The translations under genes and the position numbers were made by a program. Shown here in pieces: positions 36,389 through 49,844 of a DNA stretch of 64,000 nucleotides. The stretch lies in contig NC_086110.1 of the NCBI RefSeq assembly GCF_963921235.1, positions 13,516,001 to 13,580,000 of the forward strand, given 5' to 3'. Origin of the DNA: Mobula hypostoma (taxonomy: Eukaryota). Numbering within the stretch: position 1 is the first letter of the stretch; each line of letters opens with the position of its first letter. A model generated the notes under the pieces. It was not told where the DNA came from and made no database searches. It worked only from the letters and a program-made list of their open reading frames with translations.

Positions 36389-38205
36389 CTATACTGGAAA
36401 AGCGATTGTTTTTATTTGTGAACCAAAGTATTTTGATTATGAACCCTGCTTTAAATGCTTGCATACAAGATAATATGGTAATAAAATATGACGAATTTTC
36501 TGACCTTTGAAAAAGTTTGTTAAAAATCTACAGTTGTAAAATAATAAGCACATCGTTTCAATTCCTGCGAATATCAAGATAATTTGACAACTGCAACTAA
36601 TGGGTGTTGGCTGAACACAAAACATTACGTAAACGGCAGGACAGTACTTTCCAAGAACAACTCATTTGGCAATAAAATGGAGACAAGAGAGTTCCGACGC
36701 TGGAACATGGAGCAACACAATAAGGGTTGGCGGAACTTAGCGTGCTGGGCAGCATCATGGGAGGGAAAAAGAGAGTCGACGGCTGGGGCCGAGCCTCTTC
36801 ATCTACACTTCATTGTCTAGCCAGGAAATTAGATAGTGAGGAACATCGAAATTAAACCTTCTAAACTTCATCCCACGTCTTCTCCTTGCCACTTTTGTAA
36901 CTGTTGGGTTCGAAATAATTGTTAACGATTTTATTTTCTATTATTTAATTAATTTTATTTCCATTCTTGAAACTTTATAAATGATTTAAATACTTTAAGA
37001 AGAAATGTTTTGTCAATCTGATTAAGATCAGAAATTGTCTCAAGTTACTTCTTCGTTTTAATGTGCGTGTCATTTATACAACCCAACGCCCTTAATACCA
37101 TCTATAATGGTAAACTCTTATAATGTATATGGCCTCGTTCCATAGAACTTTCCAAATATTCTATGATCTCGAATACGGAAAGTTGCTACAGATAATGTTG
37201 TTCTGATATCTTACCAAGCTTACTAATGAGTTCTGGTGGGTTGGACTCACCACATAATCGACACAAGTTGAAAAACACAGAAGAAAAGTAAATGCAGAAG
37301 GTTTTGGAAATAACCGATTAGTTCGGCACCTTCGTTGGGGAGAAGAAGTTGGCTGGGAGGCTTTCACCACGCGATAACCCGAAAAAATCTTAACCAGGCA
37401 TTTTCCACAGTTGCTTCCTGAGTTGGTGTAAGGCCTAAATTTGAAAAACCTCAGGCATTTGCTTCCGTCCACACTCACCAGATACTAACCAGCTCATTTA
37501 CTACCTTGCTTCTTTGCATTTATCATTTATAAATATAATGAAACTTCGTGGTCCTAGAAAAAACTCCAAATGGTCGCCAATTAGCCCATTAGTATAATAT
37601 GAATACCTTTTTATTCTGAATCCCATCTCTCGAGTCTTCACGCTCGAACCATTTCAACCTGCAACCGAAAAAAAATCTTCAATCCTTATTTTGTTAATCC
37701 ATTCTTCTGTGGAATAATTCTGATACGCTTTGACAATGCTGTATTAAATAAATGCACCATGATAAAATGTCAGTGTCCACAATGTCAATATCCCCTTTGT
37801 TTTAACTGAGATTGCGAAGATATCTTCCGTATTTAAAGTTAAGCATTACAAAACTTTTATCCACGCTCCAGATTTCTACTCCTGTTAGTAAACACATGAC
37901 AACACGGTAAAAACACTCTTAGTTCACCACTCCGCGTTCTGAGGGTTTAAACGGACAGAAAATACTATGCATATATAAACAATACTTGTCTAGCATTTTT
38001 TAGGATTTGTGCATAGATTCGTACAAGGCAATTTGTCCTTCTCAATATCCTATCATAACCTTAAGTGATTTCACCTAAATTCCGAGAGGCAACTGCTTTA
38101 TCTGGAAACAATCGACAATTTTTCCAACTGGACTTTTTCACGATACATTTGTTTGACGGATTAAAAGAGTTTTTCTCCTGGCATTGACTTTATATTGTCT
38201 ATTCG

Positions 38206-38241
38206 AGTTCTGAAGAAAGGTCTCCGTCTGAAACGTTGACT
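38206..38241 (+). ncRNA. Second Penelope-type minimal hammerhead motif
   Basis: AGTT-CTGAAGA-AAGGTCTCCGTCT-GAAAC-GTT-GACT: core intact, stems partly G-U. Confidence 0.5.
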
Positions 38242-38875
38242 GTTGATTCATTTCCATAGATGTTGCCGAAAGTGCTGAGTTCCTTCAGCAATTGCTGTGC
38301 TCAGGGCTTTCAGCATTAGCGCAATATTTTTGCTTATACATTTTATCCAGCTTAAGATCACAAAATGCAATTATTCTGTGTTCTGAGAAAAATACTGGAT
38401 CTTTTTAAACAGGTATTGAACCGATGTAAAAAAAAATGGCTGATAAACATTTGTTGTTTTTGAAAAACATATCGTGAGTTAAGAAACACATACTTTTCTG
38501 AAATAACTTTACAATTAATTAAATTAAATTAACTTTCTTACTTTTCACTTAAGCGTTAAACGCGATAACGTGGGCATCTGCAACTTACTCGCCTGAGGCG
38601 GTGAAACTTCTGACCGCATGGAGTTTCCATGATGTCACCAGCCAACCGTGAGTGCAGTTACTTTGCTATGTATGTTGACTCTGTTAGCAAATATATCTGT
38701 ACTGGGTGCATTTGTCATTGCAAAGGTAGATAGTCCGCATTTAAGGATTAGAAATCGCGTTTCACATGCAAAGTATGTGCTTCTTTTGATAAATACTATC
38801 ATTTACATTTCAATCTAGTCAGAGCAAAGGAAAACACAACTACACATAAACACAATGTTGCACAATAGGTTCTAT

Positions 38876-39442
38876 ACATGCGGCACGAACGTTTATTTAG
38901 ATATAATTTTAAAATCGTTACCATATATTGATGGAACATAGCAAAATTATTTAAAATACGTTCTGATTTTGAGCACTTCAGATAATATGACAAAACACAT
39001 GTTGAATGTTAACAATGTTAAATACACAAAAAAGTGAGGTTACCCAAAGGAGTACCTCTTTCGACAAGTGATTTACATTTCCATNNNNNNNNNNNNNNNN
39101 NNNNNNNNNNNNNNNNNNNNNNNNNNNNNNNNNNNNNNNNNNNNNNNNNNNNNNNNNNNNNNNNNNNNNNNNNNNNNNNNNNNNNNNNNNNNNNNNNNNN
39201 NNNNNNNNNNNNNNNNNNNNNNNNNNNNNNNNNNNNNNNNNNNNNNNNNNNNNNNNNNTACATGTAGCATGAAGGTTTATTTAGATATAGTTTTAAAATC
39301 GTTACCATATCTTGATGGAGCGTAGCAAAAAGAATAATTTTAAACACGTTCTGATTTGAGGACTTCAGATAATATGAGAAAGCAAATGTTAAATGTTAAC
39401 AATGTTAAATACACAAAAAAGTTAGGTTACCAAAAGGAGTAC
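38876..39442 (+). repeat. Diverged ~180-bp direct repeat flanking an N-gap
   Basis: About 38876-39060 and 39259-39442 align with scattered substitutions. Confidence 0.85.
39085..39258. other. Assembly gap (174 N)
   Basis: Run of N. Confidence 0.99.
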
Positions 39443-40189
39443 AAAAGAGAAGAAAAACACTAAATACCAGAGGTAAGGTTTGGCATTTTTCGCCGTGGAA
39501 AAGAGACGATCATTGGGGGTTGGGGACACTGTGAATCAGCCGAGGTATACTTTTAGCTCTGGGCCTGAAAGAGTGGGATAAAATCTGGAGGAACAAAAGC
39601 ACGGAGAAAGTTGAAAGGATGGATGACAATTACAATTGCAAAATCCGTGTTTTGTTTCACTAAATGGCAAGTGGATCGATGAGCGTGTGGATTTCAGATA
39701 AGCGGGTCGCATACACAGATCATAACCAGTCACGCAGAATTCTTAGGATTAGTCATTCACATTGACACGCATATATACTCCCACAGTAATGTCCTCTCGC
39801 CCAGGAGTGCACAAAGAAGCACAAAGGCAGACATTTCTTCTGAACCTGCTCGGACTGCAACACTCTGTTTGAAACTGTTCAATTGGATTGCTTTCCCAAC
39901 ACAATAGCCAGCAATGCCGAACAATAATCGCATATTCTTAGTGACAGTCACCCGAAATTTTCTGAATTATGAAGACACTTTATGAAGACAGGTCCTCAGA
40001 TCTAGATTTCTGGAACAGTAACATCTTCATATGAAAGCATTCATTTCTGAATATACTCCTAACACTCATCTTGCATGTCCTCGTATTCTATCGTCCAGGG
40101 CTCAGTACCTACCTTCGTTCAGGTGCCCCAGTGTTTCAAATTTATAATCGCCAAACTCAGGCAAAGTATTTTTTTAATTATTATTTCGA

Positions 40190-40420
40190 GTGAGTAAAGC
40201 CAAACAGAGTAATTTCTCAACTGCTAGCAAAATTCAGACTTGTGTTTAGTATTGTGGCTTTCTGGAGATTTCTATAAATACTGCTCTGTAGACCTAATTG
40301 TTTAATGCTGTTGTGTTATGATTTTGGGATGATATCAGTTGTAGATATCACTATTTGGACAAGGTATACACTATTTATGTTCCATAGTCTTCCAATTTTC
40401 TCTTTTAATTTAAGGTGATT
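40190..40420 (-). mobile_element. R4/Dong-like 3' remnant, copy 2
   Basis: KLKEKIGRLWNINSVYLVQIVISTTDIIPKS*HNSIKQLGLQSSIYRNLQKATILNT. Confidence 0.7.
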
Positions 40421-41255
40421 TGGATATGCATGGCAGATGCAGTTTAATGTTGATAAATGTGAGGTTATCCACTTTGGTGGTAAGAACGGGAAGGCAGATT
40501 ACTATCTAAATGGAGTCAAGTTAGGAAAAGGGGAAGCACAACGAGATCTAGGTGTTCCTGTACATCACTCACTGAAAGCAAGCATGCAAGTACAGCAGGC
40601 AGTGAAGAAAGCTAATGGCATGCTGGCCTTCATAACAAGGGGAATTGAGTATAAGAGCAAAGAGGTCCTTCTGCAGCTTTACAGGGCCCTGGTGAGGCCC
40701 CACCTGGAGTACTGTGTGCAGTTTCGGTCTCCAAATTTAAGGAAGGACATTCTTGCTATTGAGGGAGTGAAGAGTAGGTTCGCAAGGTTACTTCCCGGGA
40801 TGGCGGGACTGTCATATGTGGAAAGATTGGAGCGACTGGGCTTGTATACTCTGGAATTTAGAAGACTGAGAGGGGATCTTATTGAAACATATAAGATTAT
40901 TAAGGGATTGGACAAACTGCAGGCAGGAAGCATGTTCCCGCTGATGGGTGAGTCCAGAACCAGAGGCCACTGTTTAAGAATTAGGGGTAGGCCATTTAGA
41001 ACGGAGTTGAGGAAAAACATTTTCACCCAGAGAGTGGTGGATATGTGGAATGCTCTGCCCCAGAAGGCTGTGGAGGCCAAGTTTCTGGATGTGTTCAAAA
41101 AAAGATGGATAGAGCTCTGAAAGATAGTGGAAACAAAGGTTATGGGGATGAGGCAGGAACTGGATACTGATTGTGGATGATCAGCCATGATCACAGTGAA
41201 TGGCGGTGCTGGCTCGAAGGGCCGAATGGCCTACTCCTGCACCTATTGTCTGTTG
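40421..41255 (+). mobile_element. 5'-truncated CR1 LINE (227-aa ORF)
   Basis: WQMQFNVDKCEVIHFG...LYRALVRPHLEYCVQF, then the 3' UTR. Confidence 0.92.
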
Positions 41256-42464
41256 TCTATTGTCAATTTTCACTCATTGATTCCTTATATTGCGTGTGTT
41301 TGAACTGGCTATATCTATTAAGTAGGTTCTGTTTGCTCTTCAACCAGACACGCATTTTATCACAAGGCATGGTTCCACCACTGAGATTGAAATTTAAAAC
41401 AAGATTTTGGTAAAGATGTTTGCCACTTAATTGTGCCTGTCTAAGTAATCGGATTGACTTCAACTGCTGCAAGGTCCTGTAATGAGTTGGATTGTTTCTG
41501 GTTTCTGTTGGCCTTACTGCATTAATCGTCTTACTTTTGTCGGTGGTTTTTATTCTGTATTTTTGATTTTTTGTTTTTGTGTTGACCAGCTGGTCATGTA
41601 TTGCCACGAAAAACCACTTTCTTCTGAGAAGAGGTCTCCAAATCTGTACCAGGCATTCGACACTTCCTTGATGACATCTAACCTGTTCAGATCCTCGGAA
41701 TGTCTCCAAGGACGGTCATATTCTTCCATTGGTTAAGTGTTTTTTTTTCCTTCTAGAGTGATAATTACTTCATTTTTCTGTTTTGTGTTTCAATTTCGTT
41801 TTAGTGGTGTGTTCTTCTTATCAGAATTGCATGTGCTCGCCTGGAGTGTTGAATCCTGTTTTCGTTGATGAAAAAAAACACATATTTAGAAGTTTTATCT
41901 GACTGTTGTACAAAGTTTAATTATGAATGTTATTCCTCTACCCCTTCTGTTCTAGGTAGCGTTAATATACGTGCGTTGCCAACGCATGCCAGAAATCCCG
42001 AGCCGAGTGATCAGGGATGTTTCCTTCGAACAATTGACTTTGCCATTGCAGTGCGCCGCAGCCTTTCTACTGACTGCTCAATTTTCTTCCCCGTTTGCAT
42101 CCAATCAGGATGGAAAATTCATTTAAATCGTTGCTTAAACATCGCAGGAAAGCTTACATGAGATTACCGTTGTTGGCACTGCTTTTCCAAGCCTGGTATC
42201 AGATAATTTTGCACACCTATCTTCCATAAGTTAAGTACTCCCTTTCAAAGTGTCCATTTGAACGATGATAGTTTGCCTGGATATTTTCACGTTCTGGATG
42301 CGTCTTTTAAGCAAACTCCCACTCTTGAAGCGTTCCTCCTGAATTGATCTGAGGAACAGCAATTCTAGTACCCACAATATTAGGCTAAAATTCACAGCGG
42401 TAAGAATAAAACTCAACAAAAACTGAATTAATATCTTACAAAGAATATTTAAAACTAAGGGTTG

Positions 42465-42571
42465 TTAACATTGACGGGGTAGGTCATATTATCCTTGACC
42501 AGTATTTTTGAATTGTGTATAATTATTAACATTGACAGAGTAGTCCATATTCACGTTGACCAGTATTTTTG
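42465..42571 (+). repeat. Imperfect ~61-bp-period duplication
   Basis: ttaacattgac...catatt...ttgaccagtatttttg occurs twice. Confidence 0.7.
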
Positions 42572-42984
42572 CATCAACAGTTAGACAGAGTCGAAAATCA
42601 CCAGAAGTTTAATTTAAGGGACATAATCCTGGAAATATATGTTCACACGACAGCAACAGTTTACAGAAGACTCATCGAGTTAGATGATATGAAATCAAAA
42701 TCAATGTGAAATGGAATAACATCAGACAGATTGTTAATTTACCTGCTCATATTTCCCTTGTCTTGCTTGTTACGAAGTGTGGATTACACAGCATTTCTGC
42801 TTTCAATATTTTAAGTGTGTCCCCTCCCCTGATACGTAGGATTGATTTATAAATATTAGTCAATTTGTTGGTGTAAAGCCTATTTTCTCAGCGAATATCT
42901 TTTGCACCATTTTAAAGGTAGAAGCGGGATATACTGAGACAGGCAGCATTGTTTAACGTTGTTCTGTGTATCACTCATTTGCTG

Positions 42985-43255
42985 AAAGATTCAGCACAGA
43001 ACAGAGCCTTCCAGTGCAATGAGCAGCGAGCCAGCAACCCACTTACTTAAATCCAGTCTAATCACAGGAGAATTTACAACGACGGATTAAACTACTAACC
43101 GGTACGTCTTCAGACTGTCCGAGTAAACCGGAGCACCGGAAGGAAGCTCGCGCGGCTCATGGGGAGAAAGTATACGGGGAGGCTTGAATTGAAACCCGAA
43201 ATCCGGAACGCCCCCAAGTGTGATAGTGTCGCGCTAACCGTTATGCTACCGTGGA
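42985..43255 (-). mobile_element. tRNA-derived HE1/V-SINE-like SINE
   Basis: A-box-like GGTAGCATAACGGTTAGC, B-box-like GGGTTTCAATTC, conserved core and a CR1-like tail. Confidence 0.7.
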
Positions 43256-43679
43256 GCCCATAATTTCGGAATCACGCAAATTTGTCTGAAAGTAACTCGC
43301 TTTTTTAATGGAAATTCCTTTCAGCTATATTTGCACGTGATCTGTGACTTAAAACATGGTGCGGGGTGTTCACCGGATGTTCGGAGTTTATGGAATTTCA
43401 AGAGGTTATTTTACAGGGATTGAACATGAATTGCATGCTGTGTAAGCCAGTCTGCCTCTCAAATTGAACAAATGTGACTGATCATCAGACAATTTATAAA
43501 TGGTGTGCACCATATCCTTCTGCTTGAGAAATACTGTTAATTCTTGGCGGCAATAGCTTTAAAACATTTCTTCACATCGATGATAATATCTTTCCAATTC
43601 TTTCTATTTGCTATCCAAGTTTCGCCCCTTCATTTTGTGATTATGATGCCTTACCTAAAATTTTAAATTACCTAAGTAA

Positions 43680-44720
43680 CCTGTTGAAAACAAATTCACT
43701 GCTGACGCCTTATAAGGTGTTGGTCAGTCCACATTTGCAATATTGTGAGCTATTTTGTTCGGTATGGACAGAAATATGTCCTGGGCCTGGAAAGGAGCTT
43801 GACGAAAATATTCCCAAAGTTAAAAGGATTAACAGCGAGGGGCGTTGGATATCACTGTGTCTGTAGTGGATGGAGTTCATAAGATCATAAAACCATGAGA
43901 CATAGGTGTTGAATTAGGCCATTTGGCCCATTGAACTGAGCTACATTTCATTAAGGACCATTCAATTTTCCTTTGAGCTCCAATCTTCTGCATCCTCCCC
44001 GCATCCCTTCAAAAATTAAAAGTCTATCAACCTGTACCATAAATATACATAAAGATCTCGTCTGTGGTCAATATTTACCCAGATCCACCACTCTCTGGCT
44101 GTAGAAAATTCTGCTCATCCCCATTCTAAATGGAAGCCCCTCTATTCTGAGGCTGTGCCCTCTCATTGCAGACTCTCCCAACATTGGAGACATCCTGTCC
44201 ATATACATTCTATCAAGACCTTTAACTATCTGAGAGGTTTCAATAACGTTACCCCTCATTCTTCTGAATTCTAGTCAATGTAGCCCAGAGTCATCAAACG
44301 CTCTTCATATGAGGGGTGGGTAGGGATGGGTACGGCGTGAGTGATCTAAATGAAATATGCCATATACTGAGAAGCCCATGGAGAGGAGACGTGGAGAGGT
44401 GTTTCCTTTTGTAGCAGAGCCTGGGATCAAAGGTTACAGATGTACATTGAAGGATTATTCCTTGGAATTAGCAAGAATTTCTTCCTGCAGAGGGTGCTGA
44501 ATCTGTAGAATTCGCTGGCAGAGAAGGCTACGGGGGCCAAGTTTTTGGATGTACAGTATTTAAGGCAGAGATTGAAGGGTTCTTGACTGGTAAGGCATTT
44601 AAAGGTTGCGAGTAGAAGACGGGAGAATGGGATTGAAAAATAACAACCTGGATTGAACGGTGGAGCAGAATGGATGAGTTAAATTTCCTAATTCTGCTTC
44701 TGTTCTCAAAATCCTATGGT
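43680..44720. mobile_element. Cluster of degenerate CR1 3' fragments in both orientations
   Basis: YKVLVSPHLQYC (+), MRGNVIETSQIVKGLDR (-), and a further 3' end (+). Confidence 0.7.
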
Positions 44721-44958
44721 CACTGCAGAACTCTTGAAACGTTATTAAACTAATTAAAATTTCTCATGAAAAGTCTTTGAAGGGATTATAGTGCGGCGTA
44801 AAAAAAGTTGTTGGATCAAAAGTCAGCGACCAGCGTTCTGTTATTCATTTGTGGGTTGCTCAAAATGGAATGTAAACAAAATTACTCACTTTATTTTTCT
44901 TTTGTGTTTCAGCATTGCTGTCCCTAAAGGCCGTTAAACTAATCAAACTCAAAAGCAT

Positions 44959-45087
44959 NNNNNNNNNNNNNNNNNNNNNNNNNNNNNNNNNNNNNNNNNN
45001 NNNNNNNNNNNNNNNNNNNNNNNNNNNNNNNNNNNNNNNNNNNNNNNNNNNNNNNNNNNNNNNNNNNNNNNNNNNNNNNNNNNNNNN
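44959..45087. other. Assembly gap (129 N)
   Basis: Run of N. Confidence 0.99.
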
Positions 45088-48000
45088 TATGTTTGTGCTT
45101 GTAATGCGCTCGCCGGGCCTTTGCGTGGAGCCGGAGAGCACTGGGCTGCAAGGTTTTTTAAGCACCTAAAGTGGTTAATTACGGTTTATCGAGATTCGTT
45201 AATTGTTGTTATTGCCTTGTGACGTTTGTTTTGAATAGCTCAGGGATTCCTTGTGACCTGTACTTTTCACGAGTACGGTCTACAAGTACTATCACTAACT
45301 TGGAGAAAGTTTCAGCCGGGCTGAGTCACTGATGATCTGTTGTTATTCCTATGTGTAAATTCTGATCACCATATCTACAGGTAGGTCCACGTGGCAGATT
45401 ACCCCTTCGAGACCCTCATTTTTTTCTTCACTCTCAATTGAAAGAGTTTGGGGTCTGGTGAACTGCCAAAAGGGAGTACCTCCATGGCATATAGCGTCCA
45501 CACGGCGTGATAAAGTTTCTGCGCTCCTGTGACTCAGTGGCTAAACCGATCTGCAGAACCTTAAGTTTGTATATACTTTAGTGAAGAATTTAACTCCACC
45601 CAGTATACCCAACGTGTTCTCAACAGAGGGAAGAATAAACTTCTACCACCTCACTGCATTATTCAGTTTTGTTAGATCAACACAGACCCTCACTGTGCAA
45701 TCTGACTTGGGACCAGAAGAGTGCATGCACACCAGACGGTAGATTCATTCACTCAATTTACCATGTCAAGCGCCTCCATTCTCTCAAATTCAGCTTTGAT
45801 GTTGTTTATCAGAAGAGGGTATATGGCTCGCAGTGGTTAGAGTGTAGGGCGCAACTCCTGGCCTCAATAAGATAAGGTAACCTTCTTTCAGTACCACCAG
45901 TCCAGAGAACAAGGATCTGTACATTTCCTGCCACCGAGCATTGTTTAGCGAATCCAGCCTTGCAATGTGGTTCAGCTTCTCGATGGCGTACCTTGTTTCT
46001 ACAAGGCATTTTGAACGATATACACATCCTCTTTTAACTGTTTTAAAGTTTTTTTTATACGGCTGGAAGCAAAGAACAGGTATTTCATCTAAGAGGAACT
46101 GGGCAAATATGATCCCCTATGAGCTCAATATTTTTATATGAAATTTGGAAACTGATTATTTTCAAACAATCCCACATTTCTCAATTCATCACCCCCCCCC
46201 CCCACCGCCCTCTAAGGGAAATCATGAGCAAGTCAAAAATGGGAAGTGAACACTACGTAATCCCTCTCCAGGACGCATCTTCCAGCATTCCACTGGGTGT
46301 CAGCCAGACCGAGGAATTGACGGACATGAGAGAGTTCTAGAGAGGATCATTTGCTCTCACACGCTTTCAGTTTCAGAGTTTCATCAATGGCTCTCAATCA
46401 GAAGCAGTGATCTTTGACCAAGCCCTTTTCCATTTACAAAAAAGAAAAAAAAAAGTCATGCTAAAGGATGATGTCATTATTTGAACTCCCGTTAAATCTA
46501 GCTCTCATAAAGTCAGAATGTGGTGCACTGGCCGAAATTGCAAAGATGATTTAGGAAGGCCGGTATGTGACTGGCCAGCCTAAAATAGCCCTAGTCGTTA
46601 TTCTATAGTAAATAGAATAAATTAAATATTTAACTCTTTTTGCGAGTTATCGAGTTTGATACAGAAAGACAAATACTATTGGAGCTGTGGAACACGTAAA
46701 TGATGTACGTTTAATAAAATTCCACGAAGAACCAAACGACCCCTAAAGATATGTTGAACTCTCCTGTATAATTTGTATTTGGAGATGACATATTATCATC
46801 CTGATTCGAAAGAATACGAGACGTTTGTGTGCGAATTGCTTAAACACAACGTGGCCGTTGTAAACCAGTCATCATACAGCCCTATCAGTGTGTGATCTTG
46901 GTTTAATGGCAATCAGATCCGATAGAGTTGGAAGCGAAATTCTGATACGTACTTTCTTTTCATGCGAAAGTAACACTGCACAAGGCTGATAAATTAATTA
47001 ATTCATCAGAGCCCTACATTACCTCGCTGAGTACTTTTATAAAACTTCCACTCTGAAATTGAATCCAATTTAAGCTAATCTAATTACTTACTTTATCATT
47101 CCTCACTACGACCACTCAACAACCATCTATTCCTCACAAGATCCGTTTTCACTCTAACAGAATGAAAAATTGTAGATGAGTCAGCAGGATCGTCCATCTG
47201 CCTCCCTCTAACTCATTCCCTTAACTCTGATGACATGGAATACATTTTTGAATGTGTTCTGTAATAATATTTAAAAGAAAATTAAAAATTAATTTGTAAT
47301 GCATATTTAACCAGCTTCGTTCCATATACCTTAAAATTCTGTGAAAATCAATCTTTTTCTTTATTAAATGTAATGTATCTACTGTCCACCTACCCCTTTT
47401 TGAATGGAAGTGGTTTTTTCCCCATCCATTTTCCTCTTTACATGCTTTCACAGTATTTCCGTTGATACCTTGAGGACAATTTAATAAAAACACAAAATAC
47501 TTTGTAAAACAATGAGCATACAAATAATTATCTAGCTCTCAAATGCAGTCATAATGTGATGTCTCTGATGTTAATTGAACTCCTTTTTTAAGTAATACTG
47601 TCTGAAGTTATGGATCTATCTGTAGGTCTTCAGATATACCAGCTGCCATCCAGATTATGCTACCGAAATGTCATATCTTTGTTCATGAGGTTTATTTTTT
47701 GTCGTCGAGTACCATTATTCCACATTTGCACTTTTTATATACATGATTTTTTAAAAAACTGGAAACTATTAGTAAAATAGAGGGCATTTAACCACTTAGT
47801 CCCTCGTATATTCGTTCTGCAAAAATTATCAACGAGCTAAAATTGCTAATCCACCCTGAGTACACGCGAGTATTAGCATAATTGTATGATGATCTACAGG
47901 AGCAAAAGATTAAATATGTAAATCACATACACGTATACATACACACATAAATAAATCAACTAGAATAGGATGTCTTCTAATCCTGACTGCAAAAATGTCA

Positions 48001-48502
48001 AGGTGCAAAATGACACCAATTGCGATTTAATGATGAGATTTACGAAAGGAAACAAATCACATTAATGTACATTTATTTCTACGAAGTTTATCTATTAAAA
48101 TAAAATGATGATGTCAGCATTTGTGTAAACATGAATAGTGTAGAGTAACGGAGAGTCATTAATACAATAAGAGAACCCAAACAGAGTGGGAACAAATAAC
48201 TTTCAGACCAGGCAATGCATAACGAGATGTTAACGGATGTAATCAAGCATTAGATGAAAAAGAACAAACGGGGCATTTTAAGAAGATGTGGCGAGGCAAA
48301 TGTAGCCATAGAAGAACATCTAGTGGATGGTGTAGTGGATGATCTAGTGGTAGCTGCAAACATGCGGTGCTGTAGAGAGTTGAATGTGATGACATTAAAT
48401 ACCTAGGAAAAACAAACTGGAAAAGAATGGATGGACACTTTGTACTGGGATACAGGTATACATATTAGACTACATGACCTTTTACGATATTTTGCTAGAT
48501 TA

Positions 48503-48860
48503 TAGAAACATATAAACATAGAAAATAGGTACAGGAGTAGGCTATTCAGCCCTTCGAGCATGCACCGCCATTCAGTATGATCATGGCTGATCATCCAACT
48601 CAGAACCCTATACCAGCCTTCCCTCCATACCCCCGATCCCTTTAGCCACAAGGGCCATATCTAACTCATTCTTAAATATAGCCAATGAACTGGCCTCAAC
48701 TGTTTCCTGTGGCAGTGAATTCCACAGATTCACCAGTCTCTGTGTGAAAAAGTTTTTTTTTCCTAATCTCGGTCCTAAAAGGCTTCCCCTTTATCCTCAA
48801 ACTGTGACCCCTCGTTCTGGACTTCCCCAACATCGGGAACATCGGGAATAATCTTCCTGT
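48503..48860 (-). mobile_element. CR1 3' end, same subfamily as 6293
   Basis: Near-identical to about 6293-6640. Confidence 0.9.
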
Positions 48861-49844
48861 TTGATTTTTGTGCCTGTTGTTAATCCCGCTTGATCGGTTG
48901 CTTGTTCAAAATATGCTAATCTCAGAATTGTAATGTTTTCTGATTTGTCGTGTTCTATAGCAGGGCATTACCTATAAGTAATAAAATTTCACTCCATAAC
49001 TCAGTCCTATTTGTCTGAATATGAGAATTGTTCTAGGCAGTGTAAATATATTTTCATTACGTGCTGTAGATTTATATTTTCATATCTTAAGCGCTTTGGA
49101 GGTAATATTTTATTAGTTTTCCTCAAGCGACGTCAGACTCATCCGATACAATGATTTCTGGGAAGATAGTCCACTCATCTGTCAAAGTACAGAAGTTCAA
49201 AGTTCAAAGAAATTTTATTTGTCACTCCTTGAGATTCATTGTCTGGCGGTCATACTCACTAAATCCATAGAATAATAAAATTCGCATGTTTAATGAAATA
49301 CTGCACCAAAATGGACGTACAACCACTGTGCAAAAGACAACAAAGTGAGCAAATACCAAAAGAAAGAAATAATAAGTAAATAAACAATAAATTTCGAGAA
49401 CATGAGAATGTACGGAGGGAGTAATTGATGGTGGTGAATCGAAGCGCAGAGAATGGTCTTGATTAACTTAGACTCGTAATAAGCAAAGAGACACATATGA
49501 AATCCAAAGGCGAAATCACAACCGGTAGTACTCTAAATAGAATTCCTCCGATCGACACATCACTCCTCAGCACGAGGCCTTAAGTGCAGAATTTTCAGAA
49601 GATAATAATGTGGCAGGAAATAACTGGTAATCTGAGTCTTAAGACGACAGCGCCAGTTAGCCATACTCCGGGGAATTGGAGTGCCAAAACGTGGATGCCT
49701 GCCACAGTTCAGTCGGGACGGTGACCAAACCCACCCTTCCTACAATTGTCTCCTGACGACCCAGTACGATCAAGGTGGTGGTGATGACAGTCCTCCATCA
49801 AAGTAGGGTCCAGGATGTGGCGTGAAGGAATCCAGCTTCTTCCT

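Noticed and set aside
42090-42200. C-type-lectin-like spacing (GWKIHLNRC...T*DYRCWHC), with WVGL near 37240 and NGKWID near 39662
   Set aside because: The pieces are in the wrong order for one gene, contain stops, and lack the remaining conserved residues.
45233-45520. Ig-like fragments on the plus strand (LVTCTFHEYGLQVLSLTWRK; SSLSIERV)
   Set aside because: Multiple stops and frameshifts, no DxGxYxC or YxCxVxH motif, and opposite to the family's strand; chance resemblance is not excluded.
45790-46062. About 90 stop-free codons on the minus strand (PYKKNF...RWQEMYRSLFSG...)
   Set aside because: No recognisable family, and frames of this length are expected by chance in 64 kb.
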